Shown one piece after another: positions 50,336 to 59,000 of a stretch of DNA of 64,000 nt. The position numbers and the translations under genes are program-made. Positions within the stretch are counted from its first letter, which is position 1. Every line of letters begins with the position of its first letter. The notes below the pieces were generated by a model that saw only the letters and a list, made by a program, of their open reading frames with translations, ran no database searches and was not told where the DNA came from. Source of the stretch: Pirellulales bacterium (GTDB lineage Bacteria; Planctomycetota; Planctomycetia; Pirellulales; JAEUIK01). The stretch is from assembly GCA_050184475.1 (NCBI GenBank), contig JBFXAH010000007.1, forward strand, positions 136,328 through 200,327, read 5' to 3'.

Positions 50336-51496
50336 ATGACGCGACAAAGCTGGACCCTGTGCGATACCTCGCGCGATGTCTACACGGCTGAATTGAATCT
50401 GGCCGGCAAAGACCTGGCGTCGCTGGCACCCGGTTGCTCGGTTCATCAGCGCACGCTGCGCGGCGGCCTGCGCGACGGCGTCGAAGTCGTCGAGATCGAC
50501 AACGGCGCCTTTCGTTGCACCGTGCTGCCAACGCGCGGCATGGGTTTGTGGCGCGCGGCCTTGGGCCAATTCCAGTTGGGTTGGCGCGCACCCGTGCCTG
50601 GCCCCGTCAATCCTCGTAACGTGCCCCTCTGGGAGCCGAGCGGGCTGGGCTGGCTGCGGGGTTTCGACGAACTGTTGTGCCGCTGTGGTTTGGAGTCGAA
50701 TGGCGGCCCCGTGTTCGACCCGCAGGGCAGATTGCGCTATCCGCTGCATGGCCGCATCGCTAACACCCCCGCCTGGAAGCTCGAGCTGACCATCGACGAC
50801 GAAGAGATCAGCCTGACGGGAGTCGTCGACGAGGCCTGCTTGTATCACAGCAAGTTGCGGCTGACATCGACTGTCCGCACCCGCGCCGGCGAGCCGGGAT
50901 TGCGCATCGAAGACACGGTGCAGAATCTGTCGGCCGAGCCTGGCCAGATGGAACTGCTGTACCACACAAACTTCGGCCAGCCGTTGCTCGAGCCGGGGGC
51001 CGAAATCGTAGCGCCGGCGAGAACTGTCGTGCCCTGGACGGCGCGGGCGGCCGAAGGGGTCGATCACTGGAACACTTACGGGCCCGAGGAGCCAGGCTTC
51101 ACCGAGCAGGTTTATTTTCTTGACCTGGCGGCGGGTGCCGGCGACCAGACCGAAGTGCTGTTGCGCAACGCCCGAGCCAATCGCGGCGTGAGCCTGCATT
51201 TCTCGAAGCGCGAGTTCCCGTACTTCACCTTATGGAAGAGCACGCAGGCCGCGGCCGACGGCTACGTGACCGGCCTGGAGCCGGGCGTCAACTTGCCGAA
51301 CGAACGTCCATTCGAAGAAGAGCAGCGGCGCGTGGTCGAACTGGCCGGCGGCGAATCGCGCACTTTTCATCTGCGGCTGGAAGCGCACGGCGAGGCGACG
51401 GGCGTCGCAGCGGCTGCTTCACGCATCGCGACACTCGTGAGCGGCGCCGCGCCGCGCGTGCTGACGCAGCCCGAGCCCCCCTGGGCACCGGCCTGA
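50336..51496 (+). CDS. aldose-1-epimerase-like (DUF4432-type) protein
   Basis: I chose the inner ATG 50336 (MTRQSWTLCD...). YPLHGRIANTPAWKLE and a beta-sandwich-like pattern are present. The family name is from memory. Confidence 0.55.
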   Translation: MTRQSWTLCDTSRDVYTAELNLAGKDLASLAPGCSVHQRTLRGGLRDGVEVVEIDNGAFRCTVLPTRGMGLWRAALGQFQLGWRAPVPGPVNPRNVPLWEPSGLGWLRGFDELLCRCGLESNGGPVFDPQGRLRYPLHGRIANTPAWKLELTIDDEEISLTGVVDEACLYHSKLRLTSTVRTRAGEPGLRIEDTVQNLSAEPGQMELLYHTNFGQPLLEPGAEIVAPARTVVPWTARAAEGVDHWNTYGPEEPGFTEQVYFLDLAAGAGDQTEVLLRNARANRGVSLHFSKREFPYFTLWKSTQAAADGYVTGLEPGVNLPNERPFEEEQRRVVELAGGESRTFHLRLEAHGEATGVAAAASRIATLVSGAAPRVLTQPEPPWAPA

Positions 51497-51539
51497 AGCA
51501 CGGTCCAGTCTCCGTGGAACCGTGTGACCATATGGCGAA

Positions 51540-51650
51540 TTAGCCGTGCCACTTGCTCGAACGTTCCGCCGGGCGCAGCTTGACGAGCAGGATCAGCGCC
51601 ACGATCGGGATGACGCCGAGCACGAGTTCGATGCCTGGAAGCGACAACAC
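51540..51650 (-). CDS. possible 36-codon single-TM mini-protein
   Basis: It is below the ORF-track size cut-off. GTG 51650 is preceded by AAGGGAG, whose last base lies 7 nt upstream. Hand translation gives (M)LSLPGIELVLGVIPIVALILLVKLRPAERSSKWHG-stop. This is speculative. Confidence 0.25.
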   Translation of the reverse strand: MLSLPGIELVLGVIPIVALILLVKLRPAERSSKWHG

Positions 51651-51878
51651 GAGACGCTCCCTTCGCTTTCATGAGTGTCGATCGTTCGACGACGGGTCTA
51701 CGAAGGCCCACAAGCCCGTCGTCCCGTCCATAACATTGCATCGACTAGCAACGCGCCACGATTCAGCAGTCGTGACGTCGCTCGTTAAAGTCTGCCAACA
51801 AGATGGCAAATCACTTTGCTGGTTGTGCCGCGTGCCGAAAGATTGCGGGCGGCCGGTGGCCCAGACGCCCGCTGTTGT

Positions 51879-52265
51879 TTACCACGGCCCGCGGACGTAG
51901 TAGACGCCGAACTGATCGGTATCACTCGGCCAGCGCGGCGTGCCGCGGAACGGCGCGCCGGTGTATTCGACCGGTCCGGGATAGCCGCGCGAGAACTGGT
52001 GGTAAATCGGCGTCACGCGCGTTCCCCCCACGCCCCAGTGATAATCGGTTTGCAGCGCCGCGGTCGGCGGGACGACGAGCGCAACGGGGCGACCCCAAGC
52101 GACGTGGTAATAGTCGCCGTGCCAGGTGTAGATGTTGGCTGCCTCGGCCGCGCGGTAGCGCCAGCGACGGGCGGCTTTCGTCTCGAAACCGTGCGCGGCG
52201 TCGAGCGAAACGCAGGTTACCAACAGCAAAATGGCCAATTGCAATGGTCGCGCGATCATGGGCAA
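51879..52265 (-). CDS. small secreted hypothetical protein (128 aa)
   Basis: The signal peptide is MPMIARPLQLAILLLVTCVSLDAA. The protein is rich in Tyr, Trp and Pro. It shares a VPP...Y.P..H.F core with the upstream gene product. Confidence 0.6.
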   Translation of the reverse strand: MPMIARPLQLAILLLVTCVSLDAAHGFETKAARRWRYRAAEAANIYTWHGDYYHVAWGRPVALVVPPTAALQTDYHWGVGGTRVTPIYHQFSRGYPGPVEYTGAPFRGTPRWPSDTDQFGVYYVRGPW

Positions 52266-52339
52266 GTTCCCTCTTGCTCAGGCGGCTCGAAAGTCGGCCG
52301 CCCGAGGTTGGTCGTCAAAAAGCGGTGCGGTCCGCCCGC

Positions 52340-52837
52340 TTACCATTTGCGGCAATTGACTCCCGGAAAACCGGGGAGTTCGTCCAGGCAATTGTGCCCC
52401 CACCGCACGCGCGTGATCGTCGTGCCAGGGGCGGGCTTGCAACAGCACGGCTTCTTGCAGCAGGTGCGGCAGCACGATCCACATCCCGGCCCACAGCAGC
52501 CGTGGCCCGATTCGAGCGGGCCGAGCTCGTCGTCGGACGTGCCATAGTGCCGGTAATACTTGCGGTGATGCGTATACAAGAACTCGTGCGGCATCAGCGG
52601 CTGATAGGTGATCCAGGTGTGCCCGACGTGCGGCGGCACGGGGCGCGGCGACAAGTACATCTGGGCCGGCACGCCACCGTAGGCTGGCGAAGGCCCGACG
52701 TAGTAGTTGTAAAACAGGTCGGGCGTTGTCGCGCCGGGCCGGTAACCCTGGGCAGCGGCCGGACGAGCCGCTCCCACGGTCACGACCACGGCCATGAACA
52801 GGGAGGGCAGCAGCACACGCATGAACTTTCGAGACAT
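52340..52837 (-). CDS. small secreted protein with Cys-dense C-terminal segment (165 aa)
   Basis: I chose the inner ATG 52837 with a GAGGAG RBS. The signal peptide is MSRKFMRVLLPSLFMAVVVTVGAARPAAA. The sequence GHGCCGPGCGSCCRTCCKKPCCCKPAPG has 10 Cys within 20 residues (aa 114-133). Confidence 0.6.
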   Translation of the reverse strand: MSRKFMRVLLPSLFMAVVVTVGAARPAAAQGYRPGATTPDLFYNYYVGPSPAYGGVPAQMYLSPRPVPPHVGHTWITYQPLMPHEFLYTHHRKYYRHYGTSDDELGPLESGHGCCGPGCGSCCRTCCKKPCCCKPAPGTTITRVRWGHNCLDELPGFPGVNCRKW

Positions 52838-53299
52838 CGGCGAGCTCCTCTGGGTCGGAGAAGAACTTCTGCGAGCGGTTCGAATAGCGACATTGGGGAC
52901 CTCCAGCGAGCCGGTGGCAGGCGGAGCCACCGATCGCCGGCGGGTCGCGCGGCGCCGATTCGCGATCGGGCAGCCGACCTTCGAACGGCCGACGGGAGTC
53001 TCGCATCGCCAGATGCGCGTCGCCGTCGGCGTCCAGAAACTATCTCGGCGCTGGCCGGTCGCAGGGATGAATCTTTGTGCGCCGCGCGTGTCAGAAGAGC
53101 TTGCCGCATCAAGTTTAACGACGATCAGACTTGGGGGCAGGACCGCATACCCGCTATAATCGACACGACCCGCACGACGGGCTGAACCCGGGTTCCAGAT
53201 CGCAGCGGCGGCACTGCTTGAGGGAGCATCCGCGGTCAGAAAGGACTCGATACGGTCACGGGAGGACCGACCGACTGGTCTCATCTCGCCTGGGCGTCA

Positions 53300-55675
53300 T
53301 TGGGTATCTGGCCACGGAGGCCAGCCTTCGCAGGTCGAACCGCTCGGGATGCGTCGCTCCCCGGGGTGTCAAAATTGCAACCTGTTTTCTTGACGTTGGG
53401 GAGTTCTCGCTTGGCAGTCTCGAAAAGTCGCAAACTCTCGGCAGAGCAGGCGAAAACCGCGCACAGCAACGGCCACGCAGCCAATGGCGCGGTCGTCAAA
53501 CGCGGCGCGAAATCGGATAACGGGTCCGCGACTGACAGCACCGATGTCGGTGACGAGGGCGCCGAGAACGCCGATGAAGCAGGCGCCGACGACCGCGCGC
53601 ATGCCGAATCCAACGGCGCGGGTCGCAAGTCGCGCCGTCGCGCCACCGCCCAGTCGATGGCCGCCAGCCAGCGCGATATCTCGGTCAGCGAATTCTTCGC
53701 CAAGAATCGCCACTTGTTGGGCTTCGACAATCCGCGCAAGGCGCTACTGACCACGGTCAAGGAAGCAGTCGACAACGCGCTCGACGCTTGCGAAGAGGCC
53801 GGCATTCTTCCCGAAGTCTGGGTCCATATTCGCCAGACCGGCGACACTCGTTATCAGGTCGGCGTGCAAGACAACGGGCCAGGCATTCTCAAGCAGCAGA
53901 TTCCCAACGTCTTCGGCAAGCTGCTCTACGGGTCAAAGTTTCACCGTCTGCGAATGAGCCGCGGTCAGCAAGGGATCGGCATCAGCGCCGCCGGCATGTA
54001 CGGCCTGCTGACCACGGGCAAACCGGTCAAGATCATGTCGAAGGTTTCGCCCAAGAAGCCGGCGCACTACTACGAAATCGCGATTAACACGAAGGTCAAC
54101 CGCCCCGAGATTCTCAACGGCAAAGGAGACGGGGTCGACGTGCCGCCGGGAGCAGCCGGCCAGGCAGCGATGGAAAAGCACGCCATCGAATGGGTCGAAA
54201 CCGATCACGGCACGCGCGTCACCATCGAGCTCGAAGCTCGCTACCAGCGCGGCCGCGGCAGCGTCGACGATTATCTGGCGCAAACCTGCATCGCCAACCC
54301 GCACATCAAGCTGCACTACATCGATCCGGAAGGGACCACCACCGAGTTCGAGCGTTCGACCGAGGAACTGCCCCCCGAAGCCAAAGAGATCATGCCGCAC
54401 CCGTACGGCATCGAGCTCGGGCAATTGGTGACGATGCTCAAAGACTCGAAGCCGATGTCGCTGTCGCAGTTCTTGAGCGGTTCGTTCTCGCGCGTCAGCT
54501 CAAGCACCGCCAAGCGCATCTGTGAGACAGCCAAGCTCAGCACGCGGGCGAACGTTCACCGCGTCGGTCGCCACGAAGCCGAATCTCTCTACAAAGCCCT
54601 GCAAGAGACGCGCATCCCGCCGCCGTCGACCGATTGCGTGGTGCCGATCGGTGAGCAGCGGCTGCTCAAGGGGCTGCATCACGTGGTGCCGGGCGACTTC
54701 TACGTGGCGGTAACTCGCCCGCCGGCCGTGTATCGCGGCAATCCGTTCGTGATCGAGGCGGCCTTGGCCTATGGCGGGGCGCCTTCGGCCGCCCGCGTGT
54801 CACTCGAGCAACTGACCGACTTTCTGCAAGAGAGCGACGCCCGCACGTTGCGGCAGTTTCTGGCCACGACGTTCCAGGGAGTGGGCATGGAGGGGGCCAA
54901 CAAGATTGTCAAAGAGTCGGGCCTCGGCACCCGGCAGACCCCCAGCAAGCTCAAGCCCAAGGAAATCCTGAAACTGCACGAGGCCCTGCAAAGCGTCAAT
55001 CTCGACGAAGGGCAAACGATGAACGTGCTGCGATACGCCAACCGCGTGCCGCTGCAGTTTCAACAGGGGGCTTGCGCCATCACGCAAACCGTGGTGGGCA
55101 CGAGTTGGCGCGCCTACGGGTTGACGCAGTCGCGCAATTCGTTGCCCAGTGGGCCGGTCACCATCATGGTACACATGGCCAGCGTGTGGGTGCCGTTCAC
55201 CAGCGAATCGAAGGAAGCGATCGCCGGCTATCCCGAAATCCAGCGCGAGCTGCGGCTGGCGTTGCAGGCGATCGGTCGCAAGCTCGGGCTGTACATGCGT
55301 CGCAAATTGAAAGTGCGCGACGCCGGCGCCCGCCGCAACACGTTCCTCAAATACCTGAACGAGATCGCCGAGGCGGTGACCGTTATCAAGGACTATCCCG
55401 AAAGCCGCACCAAGCAGCTCTACGAAAAGCTGTGCGCGGTGGCCAAAGTCAAGACGCTGCACGCCGATCTGCGGGTCGACGAGAAAGGCAACTTCGTCGA
55501 AGAAAGCGGTGACGAGGCTCAGGACTTTGGCGACAACGTGCTGATCGTCGATCGGGACGCGACCGACAGCGCGTCGGCTGCTCCCGAAGGTGCCGATCAA
55601 GAGACTGCCGCGACCGCGCCGCGAGGGTCGAAATCCAAAGCCAAACGGTCGACGGCCAAACGCCGCGGCAAGTAA
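53300..55675 (+). CDS. top6B: DNA topoisomerase VI subunit B (GHKL ATPase)
   Basis: ISVSEFFAKNRHLLGFDNPRKALLTTVKEAVDNALDACEE (N-box), VQDNGPGI (G1) and SRGQQGIGISAA (G2) are present, followed by an H2TH region. The transducer has VYRGNPFVIEAALAYGG...LRYANRVPLQFQQGACAIT. The start is ambiguous: 53300, TTG 53411 (GGGGAG RBS) or ATG 53657. Confidence 0.88.
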   Translation: MGIWPRRPAFAGRTARDASLPGVSKLQPVFLTLGSSRLAVSKSRKLSAEQAKTAHSNGHAANGAVVKRGAKSDNGSATDSTDVGDEGAENADEAGADDRAHAESNGAGRKSRRRATAQSMAASQRDISVSEFFAKNRHLLGFDNPRKALLTTVKEAVDNALDACEEAGILPEVWVHIRQTGDTRYQVGVQDNGPGILKQQIPNVFGKLLYGSKFHRLRMSRGQQGIGISAAGMYGLLTTGKPVKIMSKVSPKKPAHYYEIAINTKVNRPEILNGKGDGVDVPPGAAGQAAMEKHAIEWVETDHGTRVTIELEARYQRGRGSVDDYLAQTCIANPHIKLHYIDPEGTTTEFERSTEELPPEAKEIMPHPYGIELGQLVTMLKDSKPMSLSQFLSGSFSRVSSSTAKRICETAKLSTRANVHRVGRHEAESLYKALQETRIPPPSTDCVVPIGEQRLLKGLHHVVPGDFYVAVTRPPAVYRGNPFVIEAALAYGGAPSAARVSLEQLTDFLQESDARTLRQFLATTFQGVGMEGANKIVKESGLGTRQTPSKLKPKEILKLHEALQSVNLDEGQTMNVLRYANRVPLQFQQGACAITQTVVGTSWRAYGLTQSRNSLPSGPVTIMVHMASVWVPFTSESKEAIAGYPEIQRELRLALQAIGRKLGLYMRRKLKVRDAGARRNTFLKYLNEIAEAVTVIKDYPESRTKQLYEKLCAVAKVKTLHADLRVDEKGNFVEESGDEAQDFGDNVLIVDRDATDSASAAPEGADQETAATAPRGSKSKAKRSTAKRRGK

Positions 55676-55779
55676 CAGGCGATCGACGCCTGGGTGCCAC
55701 TGCTGGCTTGTCCAGCAGTGCCTATGGGGCGACTGTCCCCGTCAACTGGATGCTGTTTTCACTAACACTTGGTTACCAC

Positions 55780-56943
55780 ATGGCCAAAAAAGCCCGCGGC
55801 AAATCGACTTCGAGCAGCTCCGGCACCGCGACCGCGCGCCCCAAGCTCAACGAACGCGACAAGAAAACCATGGGGGAGCTGCACGGCCTGGCCGGCGGCG
55901 TGGAAACGGCCGCCGACAAGAAACGCGACCCCTACCTCGATATCCCCAGCCGCACCTTGTCGAACGTCCGGTTCAACAAGGCCAAGCGGTTCATCGAGAT
56001 GGGCAAGAACACCACGCGCCGGCAGCTCTTCAATCTCTCGCAGGCCAAGAGCTACATGCAAACGCTGCTTGTCGCCAAAGGCTCGAAGCAGCTCATCACC
56101 GAAGGCAAGACCACCAGCTTGCGAGGTTTGTTCTACTTGCTCAAGCACACGATCGAGGGGACCAAGGAAGACACCTTCGAAGAGCAGACCGAGTGCGACT
56201 CGATCATCGAGGATGTCGAGGTGACGCTCAACGCCCTGCGAGAAGAACTGCACTTGTTCGCCAAGGAAGCTGGCAGCATCGTCGGGCCAATCACGCTGGT
56301 CGACACCGGCGACGAAATCGATTGCTCGCGGATGGGCTCGGGCGGCTATAGCATCCCGTCGATCGTCGAGCCCGACGTAATCCAGTTCAAGAACAACCGC
56401 GCCAAGTTCGTGCTGCACGTCGAAAAGGGGACGGTCTGGCGGCGGTTCAACGAAGACAAATTCTGGCAGAAGCACAACTGCATTCTCACCCACGGCGGCG
56501 GGCAGCCCCCGCGCGGCGTGCGGCGGCTGTTGCATCGCTTTCATTACGAGCTCGACTTGCCGGTCTACTGCCTGTTGGATAACGACCCCTGGGGATACTA
56601 CATCTACAGCGTGATCAAACAGGGCTCGATCAACCTGGCCTTCGAGTCGAAGCGGATGGCCGTGCCAGGGGCCAAGTACTTGGGGCTGCGGTCGATCGAC
56701 TTCGCCCGTTGCGAGCTGTCGCCGGCGGTGCAAATCCGGCTGAACGACACCGACATCAAGCGGGCCAAACAGATCGCCGCCTACCCCTGGTTCGCCGACA
56801 AGAAGCCGTGGCAGCGAGAGATCGAGCAGATGCTCAAGAACGCCTTCAAGCTCGAGGTCGAGTCGCTGATCTCCAAGAACATCAGCTACGTGACCGAGAC
56901 GTACGTGCCCGAGCGGCTCAAGCAGCAAGACTGGCTCGACTAG
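55780..56943 (+). CDS. top6A: DNA topoisomerase VI subunit A (Spo11-like)
   Basis: I chose the inner ATG 55780 (MAKKARGKS...). SLRGLFYLLKH carries the catalytic-Tyr motif. The Toprim Glu is in FVLHVEKGTVW and the DxD is in YCLLDNDPWGYYIY. The protein is about 387 aa. Confidence 0.88.
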   Translation: MAKKARGKSTSSSSGTATARPKLNERDKKTMGELHGLAGGVETAADKKRDPYLDIPSRTLSNVRFNKAKRFIEMGKNTTRRQLFNLSQAKSYMQTLLVAKGSKQLITEGKTTSLRGLFYLLKHTIEGTKEDTFEEQTECDSIIEDVEVTLNALREELHLFAKEAGSIVGPITLVDTGDEIDCSRMGSGGYSIPSIVEPDVIQFKNNRAKFVLHVEKGTVWRRFNEDKFWQKHNCILTHGGGQPPRGVRRLLHRFHYELDLPVYCLLDNDPWGYYIYSVIKQGSINLAFESKRMAVPGAKYLGLRSIDFARCELSPAVQIRLNDTDIKRAKQIAAYPWFADKKPWQREIEQMLKNAFKLEVESLISKNISYVTETYVPERLKQQDWLD

Positions 56944-57217
56944 GGGCCCCCGCAGGCTGCCACTTCGGCGCGCACGGGTACGACAGCCGGGCGCCCCGCG
57001 ATTTCAGCGCGATAGTCGCTCTTCTAGTGGCACGTGCCGTCTGTATCGAAAATTACGACGGTAGCTTGGTTGCCGCCGAACAACCGGTCTCTCGACGGCG
57101 GAACTCGCCGCTAGTGGACAGTCGAGCCGGGCATCCACGGCGTTGTCGCGATTCTAAAGTTGTAGGGCCATCGTGTTCTACATCTTCGACAACTCGAATT
57201 GCACTGCGACAAGTCCT

Positions 57218-58399
57218 ATGCCCCTGGCTATCGAATCTCAGCAAGGCACCGAACTTGAAACACCGACGCTGCCAAAGTCGTCCCTGGTGGCGCACGCGAA
57301 GATCATGGTGGTGGATGACGAGCCGCTCAACATTCGCACGGTCTGCCACCACCTATCGATCGCCGGATACCAACACTTCATTCCTGTAAGCGACTCCACG
57401 CAGGTGCTGGGGGCGCTCGCGATGGAAGAGCCGGATGTTGTCCTGCTCGATATCGTGATGCCGGAGCCGGGCGGATTGGAGCTCCTCTCGCAAATCCGCG
57501 CCCTGGAGGGATGGGAGCAACTCCCGGTCGTGATCCTCACGGCGATCGACGATTGCAGCGTGAAGGCGAGGGCGTTGGACCTGGGGGCTACCGACTTCCT
57601 CACGAAGCCGGTGGATTCGAGCGAGCTGATCCCACGCGTGCGAAATGCCCTGTTGCTCAAGGCATATCACGACCATCTGCGAACGTATGCGCAACGGCTC
57701 GAAGCACAGGTCCGCGCGCGCACCGACGAACTCGAACAGTCCCGGATGGCCATTATTCAATCGTTGGCGCGCGCGGCGGAGTACCGCGATAACGAGACAG
57801 GCCGCCATGCGTTGCGCGTCGGAAAATACGCCGGCCTGATTGCGCGGGCGCTTGGCTTGTCCGAGGAGTCGTCGGAGCTGATCGAGTTGGCAGCGCCACT
57901 TCACGACGTGGGCAAGATCGCGATCTCGGACTCCATCCTGCTGAAGCCCGACAAGCTCACGCCCGAGGAAATGGAGGTAATGCAATCGCACTGTGGGCAC
58001 GGCAAACGCATTTTCGAGCCTATTTGCGGCGACGAGGTCGTGGCCTATCGCGCCCATACCCGACTTGGTCAAGAAATGGTTGGGACCTGCCGCGCGCCGG
58101 TCCTCGATATGGCGGCATCGATCGCGCTCACCCACCATGAGCGTTGGGACGGCAATGGTTATCCACTCGGTCTGGCTGGCGAGGATATTCCCATCGAAGG
58201 TCGCGTCACCGCGGTTGCTGACGCGTTCGACGCACTGAGTTCCAAACGCAGCTACAAGCGACCTTTTCCCCTCGATAGGTGCTTCGCCATCCTCGAGGAG
58301 GGGCGGGCGACGCAGTTCGACCCCGCGGTGCTCGATGCCTTCTTCGCTTGCCGTAGAGAGATCGTCCGCGTCCAGTTGTTGCTGGCGGAAGTGCAATAG
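57218..58399 (+). CDS. response regulator with HD-GYP domain (RpfG-like c-di-GMP phosphodiesterase)
   Basis: The REC domain has IMVVDDEPLN...DVVLLDIVMPEPGG...VVILTA. The HD-GYP domain has PLHDVGKIAI...THHERWDGNGYPLGL. The start is either ATG 57218 or GTG 57173. Confidence 0.88.
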   Translation: MPLAIESQQGTELETPTLPKSSLVAHAKIMVVDDEPLNIRTVCHHLSIAGYQHFIPVSDSTQVLGALAMEEPDVVLLDIVMPEPGGLELLSQIRALEGWEQLPVVILTAIDDCSVKARALDLGATDFLTKPVDSSELIPRVRNALLLKAYHDHLRTYAQRLEAQVRARTDELEQSRMAIIQSLARAAEYRDNETGRHALRVGKYAGLIARALGLSEESSELIELAAPLHDVGKIAISDSILLKPDKLTPEEMEVMQSHCGHGKRIFEPICGDEVVAYRAHTRLGQEMVGTCRAPVLDMAASIALTHHERWDGNGYPLGLAGEDIPIEGRVTAVADAFDALSSKRSYKRPFPLDRCFAILEEGRATQFDPAVLDAFFACRREIVRVQLLLAEVQ

Positions 58400-58977
58400 T
58401 GATTCCGCATAAAGTCGTCGCGTTGCTGGTCGGTTGGGTGCTGGCAATTTCCGCCGGCGGGTACGCGATGCTGCGCTACGAGCTAACAGGGCGACAACCT
58501 GCTGCACGCTCCGGCCATTGGCCTTATTCGACCAAGCTGACTCGCGAACAGCAGCGCGCGACACTGGTCATGTTCTTGCATCCGCAATGTCCGTGTTCCC
58601 GCGCGAGCGTGGCCGAATTGACGACGCTGCTGACCCACTGCCGCGACCAGGTCGACGTTACCGTGGTTTTCGTGCGCCCCGAGGTATTTCCCCCCGGCTG
58701 GGAGGTAGCCTCGCTCTGGCGCGCTGTCGAGGCGCTTCCAGTGGCTATGGTCGTCGATCCAGGTGGCCGCGAAGCAAGGGAATTCGGCGCACACACATCG
58801 GGAGAAGTATTCCTGTACGACGCTCAGGGGGCGCTGGTGTTTCAGGGAGGTATTACCGCCGGTCGAGGCCATCAAGGCGATAATCCGGGACGTTGGGCGA
58901 TCACGGCATTTCTTCAGCACGGAACGACGAATTGCCCCCAGACCACCGTATATGGATGCCCACTTTTCAACTCTTAA
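58399..58977 (+). CDS. membrane-anchored thioredoxin-fold protein (CPC motif)
   Basis: The GTG start overlaps the upstream TAG by 1 nt. An N-terminal TM segment is followed by LVMFLHPQCPCSRASV (Cys-Pro-Cys where Trx-fold proteins carry CxxC). A second Cys pair occurs in NCPQTTVYGCP. Confidence 0.6.
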   Translation: MIPHKVVALLVGWVLAISAGGYAMLRYELTGRQPAARSGHWPYSTKLTREQQRATLVMFLHPQCPCSRASVAELTTLLTHCRDQVDVTVVFVRPEVFPPGWEVASLWRAVEALPVAMVVDPGGREAREFGAHTSGEVFLYDAQGALVFQGGITAGRGHQGDNPGRWAITAFLQHGTTNCPQTTVYGCPLFNS

Positions 58978-59000
58978 ACGGTCCAGCGCAAGAGGGCGGC

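Noticed and set aside
48596-51199. 867-aa minus-strand ORF, the longest in this part of the window
   Set aside because: It runs antisense through tRNA-Thr, the TPR/alpha-CTD gene and the DUF4432 gene, all of which have strong motif support. Its composition is low-complexity (A/R/G/Q/L) and I recognise no domain.
51803-53185. 460-aa + ORF and sibling ORFs (51816-52547, 52278-53006) over the small secreted-protein genes
   Set aside because: About one residue in four is Arg, there are no motifs, and they lie antisense or off-frame to ORFs that have signal peptides and RBSs.
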